Part shown: piece after piece, positions 54,550-63,333 of the stretch | How positions within the stretch are numbered: position 1 is the first letter of the stretch | Layout: every line of letters starts with the position of its first letter | Origin: Chthoniobacterales bacterium | GTDB taxonomy: Bacteria > Verrucomicrobiota > Verrucomicrobiia > Chthoniobacterales > DASVRZ01 | Assembly: GCA_038228695.1 (NCBI GenBank) | Contig: JBBRPA010000002.1 | Span: forward strand, 32,080-96,079 | Direction: 5' to 3' | DNA length: 64,000 bases | Notes under the pieces: model-generated | What the model saw: only the letters and a program-made list of their open reading frames with translations | Databases searched by the model: none | What the model was told of the DNA's origin: nothing | Translations under genes and position numbers: made by a program

Positions 54550-56076
54550 TCAAGTCAGTTTCACGTAGGATAAATTCGCCGAGGCGCCAAACGGATCGTT
54601 AAAGCGGCCGAGATTCGGGAAAATAGCCGACAAAGCATTGCTCTCGACGCCCAGCCAACGGGAGGCGACGGCAGCGTATTGATCCACCGAAGTTGTCGGG
54701 ATCCAGCGTCCGCGGCTGCTTGTTCCCGCGTCGAGATCGGTTCCCACCTTGAGGCTGGGGAACGCGCCATAAATTTGCCCGCCATTGACTGGGCCGCCCA
54801 TAACGATGTGATGTCCGCCCCAGCCATGGTCGGACCCGGCGGTGGAAAGATCGCTGCTGTTTGGGGTCAAGGTGCGGGTGAAATCGGAGTGGCTGATCGT
54901 GAGCACTTTGTCGTTTACACCGAGGGCGGTCATGCAATTGGAAAAAGCGGAAAGCGAGTTGGAGAGCTCCGTCATGAGACTACTCTGCGAGTTGATCTGG
55001 TCGGTGTGGGTGTCGTATCCGCTCACGCTGCAAAAGAAGATTTGCCGACGATTACTGAGCGTGTCGCGGCCAGCGATGAGTTTTGCGATGGTTTTCATCT
55101 GGGTGCCGAGCGAAGTAGTGGCACCGCTGAAAATGGTCTCGATATCGACTCCGGAAGTGGCTGCGGCGGTGAAAGCGGCGCCGACGACGGCTTCGTTAGC
55201 TCGAGCGCGGCGGACGGTGCTGTTATAGCTTTCCTCGAGGAGATTTTGGTGGGTAAAAGCGGTGATTTCGTCGAACGCTTTCAATCGTGCGCCAGTGGCT
55301 GTGGTGAGGTAAGCGCCGTTGGCATTCTGCGCATTGCCATAGCCGATGTTGTTGGTTCCGTAACCCGCGAGCGTGATCGCTCCACTCGGCGAGACACTGT
55401 ATTGGATGACATCGGAGCCGACTTGCAGGCTGTTGATTCCGGAGATGGAAATGGAGAGCGAGACTTTGTCGCCTGAGAAACCTTTTTGCTTGAGGAGATC
55501 GGCGACGCGTCCGCCCCAGCCGGATTGGAAGGGTTTGTCGGGGACAGAGCTTTGCCATTCGATTTGCTGGTCAGAATGGGAAAAAAGCTGGACCGGAATA
55601 GGGACGGTCCCTGCGTTGTATTGGGTTCGCGTGATCGGGTAGGCGAGGGTGCCAACGTTGGTAACGAAAGCAAGTTGGCCCGAGGAAAACAAGCTGGCCA
55701 GCGATTGAAGCGAGGGATGCACGCCGTAACCCGCGCCCGCACCGGAAAGGGCGATCGAGGCGGGACGCCCGGCGACGTAAGCTGGGTCGGAGGAATCGAG
55801 AATGCCGAGGGCGCCCCGGCCGTTTTTGTAATCGTTGTAAGCCGGGTGTCCCATTCGGGGAATGAGCATATTGTTTGAATCGTTTCCGCCGTAGAGGAAA
55901 AGGACCACGAGGGCTTTGTAATCGGACGGAATGGTCGTTTGCGCGAGTGCGGCCCGGGTGAGCGTGAGTTGCGAAAGCGTGTTGACCACACCGGTGATGC
56001 CGAGTGCAGCGCAGGACGACTGGCGCAGAAATGCTCTGCGGGTGACGGCCATTTCGCGGTCGTTGGATTTTTTCAT
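54550..56076 (-). CDS. TAT-exported DUF1501 protein (sulfatase/alkaline-phosphatase-fold)
   Basis: Twin-arginine signal VTRRAFLRQSSCAALG. LVVLFLYGGNDSNN, SGYDTH and GSDHGWGG are the DUF1501 hallmarks as I recall them. Confidence 0.88.
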   Translation of the reverse strand: MKKSNDREMAVTRRAFLRQSSCAALGITGVVNTLSQLTLTRAALAQTTIPSDYKALVVLFLYGGNDSNNMLIPRMGHPAYNDYKNGRGALGILDSSDPAYVAGRPASIALSGAGAGYGVHPSLQSLASLFSSGQLAFVTNVGTLAYPITRTQYNAGTVPIPVQLFSHSDQQIEWQSSVPDKPFQSGWGGRVADLLKQKGFSGDKVSLSISISGINSLQVGSDVIQYSVSPSGAITLAGYGTNNIGYGNAQNANGAYLTTATGARLKAFDEITAFTHQNLLEESYNSTVRRARANEAVVGAAFTAAATSGVDIETIFSGATTSLGTQMKTIAKLIAGRDTLSNRRQIFFCSVSGYDTHTDQINSQSSLMTELSNSLSAFSNCMTALGVNDKVLTISHSDFTRTLTPNSSDLSTAGSDHGWGGHHIVMGGPVNGGQIYGAFPSLKVGTDLDAGTSSRGRWIPTTSVDQYAAVASRWLGVESNALSAIFPNLGRFNDPFGASANLSYVKLT

Positions 56077-56085
56077 GGTGAATCC

Positions 56086-59000
56086 TTATTTCTGGTGCTG
56101 GAACTCGGGGCAATCGCCCATTAGGTAAAGAAGATTAATCACCCGATCGCTCGTGGTTGGCGAGCCCGTGGTTAGCCAAGTCGAGGCCGAATTGATAATC
56201 GAGGTGCGGGGATTCGGCGCGGCAGCGGTGCTGTATTTGGCTCTCAGACGGCCGGCCATCAGGAGCATGTCGAGGCGGTCCACCAGAGTGGTCACAGCTT
56301 GGGTGACGGTTTTTCCAGCGGCGATTTCGTTGTTGTAAATTGTTTCCCAAGGTGTCCGATTGATCCGGACGTCATCGAGGGTCAAATCAGTCGCCCCAAC
56401 GAGCGCCGTGCCGGACTGGCCGGTGGACGTGTTCAAGAGGGTGCGGGTGTAGTTAATCGCGGTAATGGTCTGCGTTTCGTTGGTGATGAGCATCTCGGGT
56501 GCGACGAGACCCGCTGAAGAAATGGCTCCGCCAGGGCTGTAATCGGGCAGGAACCAGTTGAAGACCGACGGTGCCGTATGAGGCGTCTGACCAAGAGTCG
56601 AGTCGGTGTTGGAAAAGCGCAGCCGAGTGGTGCCGTTTGGAAAATTGGCGAGTTGAGTCGAGGGATAGCCGTAGGGAGTCAAATCGGAAAGAGGCAGCAT
56701 CGAGAAGGCCGAGAAAGCCCGGAGTAATTGCACGTAACGGAGGAGAGGCTCCTTTTGTTTGCCGTAGCCGATGTTTTCGGTCGGTGCGAGATTGCGCGCC
56801 TCCGGGTCGAGCAAAATCGCCTCGACGACTGCGCGGAGATTGCCTCGGGTGCCGGTGCCGTCGTTGATGAAAATCTGCGCCACGCGGTTGATGTAACCTG
56901 CGCTGGGGTTCGATGTGACCAATCGCTGGATGAGCAGCCGGCAAATGAAAGGCGGCGTATTGGGGTGGTTAAAAAGGATATCGAGCGCCGCGCCCAAATC
57001 CGCCTCGCCATCGAGGTTGGCGGGGATCGCGGTGCCGAGGACCGTCTTCGCGCCAATATCGTGGTAGGCAGAAAAATTAATCATCGGGTAAAGCCACGAA
57101 TCTTGGAAATACGAAGGTCCATTCGACTGGGCGAACGTAGTGTTGTCCTGCGTGAGATAGCCAGTGGCCTTGCTGCTGATTTTCTTGCTGAAACTCCAGC
57201 CGGTGAAGACGCGCGCCAATTCGGTGATGTCGGCGTTGGTATAGGTCGGGGTGGGCAGACCGTTGGAGGCCAGTTTCAGGCTGCCATCGGGATGCAATGC
57301 CACTAGGCCAACGGAAAAGAGCTGCATGATTTCCCGGGCATAATTTTCATCCGGGCTGATCAGAGTCGCGCCACTTGCGTCGAGAACTGCCTTCTGGTTT
57401 TGCAAATGGCTGAGATAAACACCCATCATCGGGCTCTTGCTAATGTCTCGAAGGAGCGAGCGATAGTTCCCGTCCGCATGAGCCCCGAGAGTGTCGTAGT
57501 AGCGCGCCGCTCCGTAGTGCCGCGAACTGACGGTCGAGTTCTTTTCCGAGATAACAAAAATTTCGCTCAAGGCAAATGCGAGCCGCTGGCGCAACTGGTC
57601 CCGCGCTCCCGCGACGACCGTCCACCAAGCGCGGCGTTTGTTAGAATAAAATGGCTCGCCCGTCGTGCTGGTGTAGTTGATCGGATCGGTCCCGCGCAAA
57701 GCCCATTCCTGAGCGTCGGCAGCGAAGGTGAGGTTTTCCAATTTGGTTTGGTTGAGAGCAAACTGCGCTTGGATCCAAGCCCGGTAACCAGCAATCCGGT
57801 CGCCCGCGTAGGTGGTTTCGATCTGGGAAGCGAGGGAGGCGATTTCCGTCTCGTTCGGTCCAAAAGTTGATTGGGTCAGAAAACGCGCCACATCGCGCCG
57901 CAGAGCGTCGCCGGTAAGTGTTTCGATCGCCGGTGTGGCGGGCGTGACCGGGGGATTAATCGAGCCAGTGACGAGAGTGTAATTGTCCTGAATTTCTCCC
58001 ATCAGATTCGCAGTCGAATTGATGACAACCCCGAGGTTGCCCGCGAACAATGCATCAAGCAATTGTTGGTCGGTAGCCAGAAACCCGGCCGCCTTGACCG
58101 ACCAAGAAAAATCCGTCACTTGCCCAAAAGGGAGGCCCTTCACATACACACCCGATCCATTGTTGTTGAGGCTGAGAAACGAGGTGGTCTGCGCGCTCGA
58201 AAGTCCGCTGAAGTTGAGTCCGACCATGCCAGTGGTGTTGTCGCCTTGCAGGCGGATGGTGGACACTCCGGTAGCAGTCGAGCCGGTCGTAGACGATGGA
58301 AACGCAAGAAATAAGCGCTCGTTGGCCGAGGAGTTTGCGGCGTCGGTAATGGTCACTGCGCCACTAGAATCACCGCCTACCACGAAGCCAGATCCTGGCT
58401 GAACTGTCGCGGTAAGAGCCTCGGGCACCTCGACCAGTGCGTCTTTAACCGGGCGGACAATGATGTCCACCGACGTCGCTCCAAACGGAACGGTGACCGA
58501 ATCCGTTAGTGGCTGACCTGCGCCGTTGACGAGGGTGTAATCATCGGGCGTCGCGGAGCCTTTTTGCAGGTTGGCGTTTCCGGAAAAAACCAGCGGCACA
58601 GTGATCGCCTTCAATCCGCCAGAGCGAGTGATGCGGAAGGCTCCGTTCACTCCCTCTTTCTCGGTCGCCAGGGGAGTTGTCGCGGTGATCGTGACTGTGC
58701 TGGCCGTGTCGCTAAACAGAGCGGTCAGCGACACTAGGTCATTTGTCCCCGGCGTGCGGCTCTGATCTGCAGCAGGATTAAAGCCGGGCAAATGCAATTC
58801 ATCCCAATCCGATACGCCGTCGCTGTCGGTATCTGCATCGAGAACTTCCACACGGAAAAAACATTGTTTGCCCGCGCCCATGTCTACGAGGGTTTCCTGC
58901 ATGGTGGTAGCGGTGGCGGCGCGAATCGCACTGACTGGAAGCCAGGAGTTGGCCCCTAGATCGGCGGTTGCCAAAATTCGATAGGCCTTGCCCGGTTCCG

Positions 59001-60198
59001 TATTCCAGTCGAGCAAAACATCCGTGCCGTTGACGACGGTTTTGGAAATGGCCAAGAGTGATCGCGCATTTCGCGGATCTGTGCCAGCGAGGCTTTCCTG
59101 AAAATTGGTCGCTCCGTCGCCATCGCTGTCCATGCTCGGCAGCAGTCCGGAGGCGTTATAAAACTGTTCCCAGACGTCATCGACTGCGTCGCCGCTCAGG
59201 TCAAAATTCGCGGCATCCGCGATGGTCACGAACGCACTGGAATTACCGCCCACCACGAAGCTGATTCCCGGTGGAACTGTCGTAGTCAGCGCCTCGGGCC
59301 CTTCGACAAGGGCGTCTTTTACCGGGCGGACGATAATGTCCACCGACGTCCCCCCAAACGGGATGGTGACCGAATCCGTCAGCAGTTGGCCTGCGCCGTC
59401 GACGAGGGTGTAATCATCGGGCGTGGCCGAGCCTTTTTGCGGGTTGGCGCTTCCGGAAAAAACTAGCGGCACGGTGAGCGCCTTTAATCCGCCAGTGCGG
59501 CTGACGCGGAAGACTCCATTCACGCCCTCTTTTTCCGCAGCCAAGGCAGTCGTCGCGCTAATCGTGACCGTGCTGGCCGTGTCGCTAAAGAGGGCGTTCA
59601 GCGAAACGAAGTCATTGGTTCCCGGAGACCGACTTTGGTCCGCTGCGGGATTAAAGCCGGGCAAATGCAATTCATCCCAATCCGATACGCCGTCGCTGTC
59701 GGTATCCGAGTCGAGAACTTCTACCCGGAAAAAACATTTTCCGCCCGTTCCCATGCCGAGGACGGTTTCCTGCATGGTGGTAGCGGTGGCGGTGCGAAGC
59801 CCGCTGACTGGTAGCCAAGGGTTAGCTAGAGGATCCGTGGTGGCCAAAATTCGGTAAGCCTTGCCCGGCTCCGTATTCCAGCCGAGCAAAACATCCGCGC
59901 CGTTCACTGCCGCTTGGGAAATGGCAAACAGCGATCGCCCATTTCGCGGATCTGTGCCGGCGAGGCTTTCCTGAAGATTGGTTTTTCCGTCGCCATCGTC
60001 GTCCGCGCTAGGGAGCAGAGTGGAGGCGTTGTAAAACTGCTCCCAGACGTCGTCCATCCCGTTGCTGTTCAGGTCAAAACCGGCCCGCACAAATGGGTTG
60101 ACCAAAAGACCGAATCCAAGCACGAGCAGGGCCATAGCGAATCTGCGTTTGCGGACGAAACTCCACCAGCTTTTTAAAGGGGGAAAAATCGTTTTCAC
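56086..60198 (-). CDS. giant DUF1800 protein with N-terminal [TSP3-like Ca-binding / beta-sandwich / Calx-beta] x2 and a CHRD-like module
   Basis: 1396-aa ORF. A signal peptide lies around KRRFAMALLVLGFGLLVNPFVRA; the start is uncertain (GTG 60198 or ATG 60135). D-x-D-x-D-G repeats (DDDGDGKTN, DTDSDGVSDWDE), W..EPGKAYRI....FFRVEV beta-sandwich units, and Calx-beta-like segments (GSATPDDYTL...VDIIVRPVKDALVEGPE). The C-terminal ~600 aa begin RFLTQSTFGP, which is typical DUF1800. Confidence 0.85.
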   Translation of the reverse strand: MKTIFPPLKSWWSFVRKRRFAMALLVLGFGLLVNPFVRAGFDLNSNGMDDVWEQFYNASTLLPSADDDGDGKTNLQESLAGTDPRNGRSLFAISQAAVNGADVLLGWNTEPGKAYRILATTDPLANPWLPVSGLRTATATTMQETVLGMGTGGKCFFRVEVLDSDTDSDGVSDWDELHLPGFNPAADQSRSPGTNDFVSLNALFSDTASTVTISATTALAAEKEGVNGVFRVSRTGGLKALTVPLVFSGSANPQKGSATPDDYTLVDGAGQLLTDSVTIPFGGTSVDIIVRPVKDALVEGPEALTTTVPPGISFVVGGNSSAFVTIADAANFDLSGDAVDDVWEQFYNASGLLPSMDSDGDGATNFQESLAGTDPRNARSLLAISKTVVNGTDVLLDWNTEPGKAYRILATADLGANSWLPVSAIRAATATTMQETLVDMGAGKQCFFRVEVLDADTDSDGVSDWDELHLPGFNPAADQSRTPGTNDLVSLTALFSDTASTVTITATTPLATEKEGVNGAFRITRSGGLKAITVPLVFSGNANLQKGSATPDDYTLVNGAGQPLTDSVTVPFGATSVDIIVRPVKDALVEVPEALTATVQPGSGFVVGGDSSGAVTITDAANSSANERLFLAFPSSTTGSTATGVSTIRLQGDNTTGMVGLNFSGLSSAQTTSFLSLNNNGSGVYVKGLPFGQVTDFSWSVKAAGFLATDQQLLDALFAGNLGVVINSTANLMGEIQDNYTLVTGSINPPVTPATPAIETLTGDALRRDVARFLTQSTFGPNETEIASLASQIETTYAGDRIAGYRAWIQAQFALNQTKLENLTFAADAQEWALRGTDPINYTSTTGEPFYSNKRRAWWTVVAGARDQLRQRLAFALSEIFVISEKNSTVSSRHYGAARYYDTLGAHADGNYRSLLRDISKSPMMGVYLSHLQNQKAVLDASGATLISPDENYAREIMQLFSVGLVALHPDGSLKLASNGLPTPTYTNADITELARVFTGWSFSKKISSKATGYLTQDNTTFAQSNGPSYFQDSWLYPMINFSAYHDIGAKTVLGTAIPANLDGEADLGAALDILFNHPNTPPFICRLLIQRLVTSNPSAGYINRVAQIFINDGTGTRGNLRAVVEAILLDPEARNLAPTENIGYGKQKEPLLRYVQLLRAFSAFSMLPLSDLTPYGYPSTQLANFPNGTTRLRFSNTDSTLGQTPHTAPSVFNWFLPDYSPGGAISSAGLVAPEMLITNETQTITAINYTRTLLNTSTGQSGTALVGATDLTLDDVRINRTPWETIYNNEIAAGKTVTQAVTTLVDRLDMLLMAGRLRAKYSTAAAPNPRTSIINSASTWLTTGSPTTSDRVINLLYLMGDCPEFQHQK
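58333..60078 (-). repeat. tandem duplication, 2 x 873 bp (2 x 291 aa), inside the DUF1800 gene
   Basis: Copy 1 (59206-60078, aa F67-N357) and copy 2 (58333-59205, aa F358-N648) align without gaps. There are long identical nucleotide runs, for example GATTAAAGCCGGGCAAATGCAATTCATCCCAATCCGATACGCCGTCGCTGTCGGTATC in both copies. Confidence 0.9.
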
Positions 60199-60542
60199 TA
60201 GGATGAATCTGGGGCTCTCCGAGATTAGAAGCCGAGTGAGACTACGGGCTAACCCCGGGGAGTCAAGACCGCTCACCCTACGATTTCAGATGGAAGAATG
60301 CTAGAAACCGGCTTGTCGCGGATGAACCGATAGACGAAATGCGCTTCGTCCGATCCTGTGCTTAGTCGTTGCCATCGGCAAACTCCTCTGGCTCAACTGA
60401 TTACGCGCTGGTTTTCCGTTGGCCCTGTTTCCTCTTGGGTCTACCGCCAGCTTACGGCCGGGGTCCGGACTGCCCCCAACCAGTCCGGAGCCGGTAAAAA
60501 ATATTTCGGATTTTTGTGGAAAAAAGCTCCACGAAACGGCCT

Positions 60543-62318
60543 TCAGTTTGCGTTGTTAATCTGCTGCCGGAAGGCTTCGAGGTCCTTCTGCGGTAAGTTA
60601 GCCTGCCTCGAGAGCCATTGTTGGGCAGCTGTTTTGTCGCTCCGAGCCCAAGTGTAGAGGACGCTTTGGATCGAACTGCGGCGCTGATTTTCGTCCGTCA
60701 CCGAGCTCGCCCAAGTGGCTGCGGAAGCGGGGTCGAATTCAGCAATGTTGCCGGTGAACGTGGCGATAAGAGAGTCGCGAGTTTTTCCAACCGGGATTTT
60801 ATTGAGCCAGGCCGAGGTGTTTTCCGGGTTTTCCCGGGACCAGTTGGAGACGGCATTACGGAGAGCGTTTTCGCGGTTGTCACCTTCCGGCATTTGCGTC
60901 AGCCACGCAATCGCCCGCTCCGGTTCGGAGTTCGACCAATTGCTGGCGATTTGTTCGATGGCTTGCTTTTGAGCCTCGGGACTTTGCAAGGCGTTGACTT
61001 GCGCGGCCGCTTTTTCGGGTTCGAATTGCGCCCATTGGCCGAGCAGGTTCGGAATGAAACTTTTTTCGACGGCGGGATTGGTCTGGGTTCGGGCCCAAGC
61101 GAGAGCCTTTGCTGGGTCGTTGCGGCCCCAACTGTAGGTGAGCGATTGCAGGTAACTGTCAAAGCGTTTGTCGCTTTGCAAACTCAAGACGTAATCGGCT
61201 GCCTTATTTGGATCGTTCTGCGCCCATTGGGAAATGGCGTTCGTAAGGGCATTCTCACGTGCGTTTCCTGCCGGGAGTTTGGCGACCCAAGCCAGAGCGG
61301 TCTCGGGATCCTGCTGCGACCAACTGGAGGCGAGGTTATTGATCGAATCGCGCTGCGTTTGCCCGGGTGGAAGTTTCGCGACGAACTCCGCCGCCGCCGA
61401 TGGGTCGGTGCGTGACCAGTTGGAGACGATACTGCTAATCGCTTGGCGCTGCACATTTCCCGCCGGCAACGTTTCCGCCCAAGCCAGAGCGCCGCCGGGA
61501 TCGGTGTTGCTCCAATTGCTGGCCACGATCCCGATCGCCCGCTGGCGGAACTCGTTTCCCGGCAAAGCGGCTGCGCGACGGGCGGCCTCCGCTGGGTTGC
61601 GCTGGGAATAGGGTCCAAAGACGGCCCAAGCGAAGTTATAGCTTCCGCCAGAAATTTTTGGTAGGGCGAGAACCATTTTCAGAGCGCCGTCCGGATCCTT
61701 GTCGGCGAGGGTGTTGATGAGACTGCTCAGGGCGCGATTCTTAGCTGTGCCGTCGGGCAGGGAATTGACCCACGCTTTGGCGGCGGAGAAATCGGAGTCA
61801 GCCCAAGCGGAGACGATGCTGGAGTAAGCGTTATCGGTTAAATCGCGGTCGCCTTTTTGCGAATCGACATAACGAATCGCCGCGCGCGGATCGATTTCCG
61901 CAAGGCGCGAGACGAGATTGAAATAGAGGGCGCTGCGCGCATTGCCCCTCGGCTGCGTCTGCACCTCTTGGAGCGCCGCCAGAGTGGCTTTTTGGTCGAG
62001 ACTTTGCGCGAAACGGCGAGCGTCTTCGTAAACTTTCCGGTTGCTCGACGCGCGTAGGATTTCAACCAACGAGGGAATGCGATCCTGCTTGGGTGATTCG
62101 CGGCCCGGGGTGATGTCGGCGACAGCCCGGGAGGTGCCCGGGTCATTGGCGGGATCGATTGCCCGGGCGGGTGCAGCGTCGTTATCGAGGACAAAATTTG
62201 CCGCCACTGCGACGGCTGCCGTTGGGCTGTGGCCGGGACTGGTTACCCGGCCAAGAATTCCTCCAACGACCAATGCCCCAGCTAGGAGCCCGGCGGATTT
62301 AAGGGAAATCATGCGCAA
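60543..62318 (-). CDS. membrane-anchored solenoid protein with ~14 tandem 32-aa helical repeats
   Basis: N-terminal hydrophobic anchor, then repeats with consensus S-x-W-s-x-x-D-P-x-x-A-x-x-W-x-x-x-L-P-x-G-x-x-R-x-x-A-x-x-x-I. Examples: SNWSNTDPGGALAWAETLPAGNVQRQAISSIV and SNWSRTDPSAAAEFVAKLPPGQTQRDSINNLA. Confidence 0.75.
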   Translation of the reverse strand: MRMISLKSAGLLAGALVVGGILGRVTSPGHSPTAAVAVAANFVLDNDAAPARAIDPANDPGTSRAVADITPGRESPKQDRIPSLVEILRASSNRKVYEDARRFAQSLDQKATLAALQEVQTQPRGNARSALYFNLVSRLAEIDPRAAIRYVDSQKGDRDLTDNAYSSIVSAWADSDFSAAKAWVNSLPDGTAKNRALSSLINTLADKDPDGALKMVLALPKISGGSYNFAWAVFGPYSQRNPAEAARRAAALPGNEFRQRAIGIVASNWSNTDPGGALAWAETLPAGNVQRQAISSIVSNWSRTDPSAAAEFVAKLPPGQTQRDSINNLASSWSQQDPETALAWVAKLPAGNARENALTNAISQWAQNDPNKAADYVLSLQSDKRFDSYLQSLTYSWGRNDPAKALAWARTQTNPAVEKSFIPNLLGQWAQFEPEKAAAQVNALQSPEAQKQAIEQIASNWSNSEPERAIAWLTQMPEGDNRENALRNAVSNWSRENPENTSAWLNKIPVGKTRDSLIATFTGNIAEFDPASAATWASSVTDENQRRSSIQSVLYTWARSDKTAAQQWLSRQANLPQKDLEAFRQQINNAN

Positions 62319-62406
62319 CCGTAAAATGATTGGACCTCATTGACGATTTAAAAACACCAAAGGCGCAGGTGCCAATCAATCGCGCAAATGTTTCCAAACC
62401 GGGAGC

Positions 62407-63267
62407 ATGTCATCCGGACAGGGCAGGGGAAACGCTCGCGATCAGCGGGAGCGTTCGTCATCACTCCTCGTTGACAAAGGGGGTGGCGCTTTCGATACTG
62501 ACTACGTGAATAACGATCTCGACAACTTACTGGAAGATTGGCCGCACGAGCCCGGGCACATCAAGGTTCGAAAAATCGTCGGAAACGATCAAAAGGAAAA
62601 GTTGCAACTCCGGATCGATCTCGGCCTGATTCAAATGGAGGTCAATGGCCGTCCCGATGGTCGCCGTCCCCACAACGCCGAGTCGCTCCTTGTCTGGCAC
62701 CAACGCAAGGCCAAACGCATCGAGGCCAAGGGTGAGGTTTACCTTCTCTCTTCCGATGAATGCGGCGAACTCCAGCAAGAGGGCATCCAGTACTACCATC
62801 GCTACATCAGCTTTTTTCAGATCAACGATTTCCTCAACGTGATCCGGGACACGCAGCGCAATCTCGATTTATTTTCGTTTGTTTCGCGGTGCACCGATAA
62901 CGAGGACATCCGCTGGTCTTTCGAGCAGTTTCGGCCCTATGTAATCATGATGAACACCCGTGCGAAAGCGGCTATCCGGCTGGAGAAAAAGGATTTCGCT
63001 GGTGCGTTGCGAGAGATTGCCAAAGGGCGCGCCGCGATTGCGGAGGTGATGGAGGATGTCGAACCCGCGGACCTTCCAAATAAGAGTCCCGAGATCGGTT
63101 TTCTCGATGAGTGGGCCGAGGAAATTAGCCGGAAACGCCCGGTCACCCGACTCGAGGTGATGCAGCGAGAAATGGAGAAGGCCATCTCTCTCGAGGCCTA
63201 CGAGCGCGCCGCTGAGTTGCGCGACAAGATCCGCGCCTTCGGCAAAAAGACCGCGCGACAATCCTGA
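62407..63267 (+). CDS. UVR (UvrB/UvrC) motif-containing protein, function unknown
   Basis: 286-aa ORF. The C-terminal MEKAISLEAYERAAELRDKIRAF is a UVR motif. The rest is unrecognised. Confidence 0.65.
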   Translation: MSSGQGRGNARDQRERSSSLLVDKGGGAFDTDYVNNDLDNLLEDWPHEPGHIKVRKIVGNDQKEKLQLRIDLGLIQMEVNGRPDGRRPHNAESLLVWHQRKAKRIEAKGEVYLLSSDECGELQQEGIQYYHRYISFFQINDFLNVIRDTQRNLDLFSFVSRCTDNEDIRWSFEQFRPYVIMMNTRAKAAIRLEKKDFAGALREIAKGRAAIAEVMEDVEPADLPNKSPEIGFLDEWAEEISRKRPVTRLEVMQREMEKAISLEAYERAAELRDKIRAFGKKTARQS

Positions 63268-63333
63268 TTTCACTTTGAAAGGGTTCTAAGGTCTCCGGGC
63301 CTGCGCGAATTTGCCGCAGCCCACACATTATTT

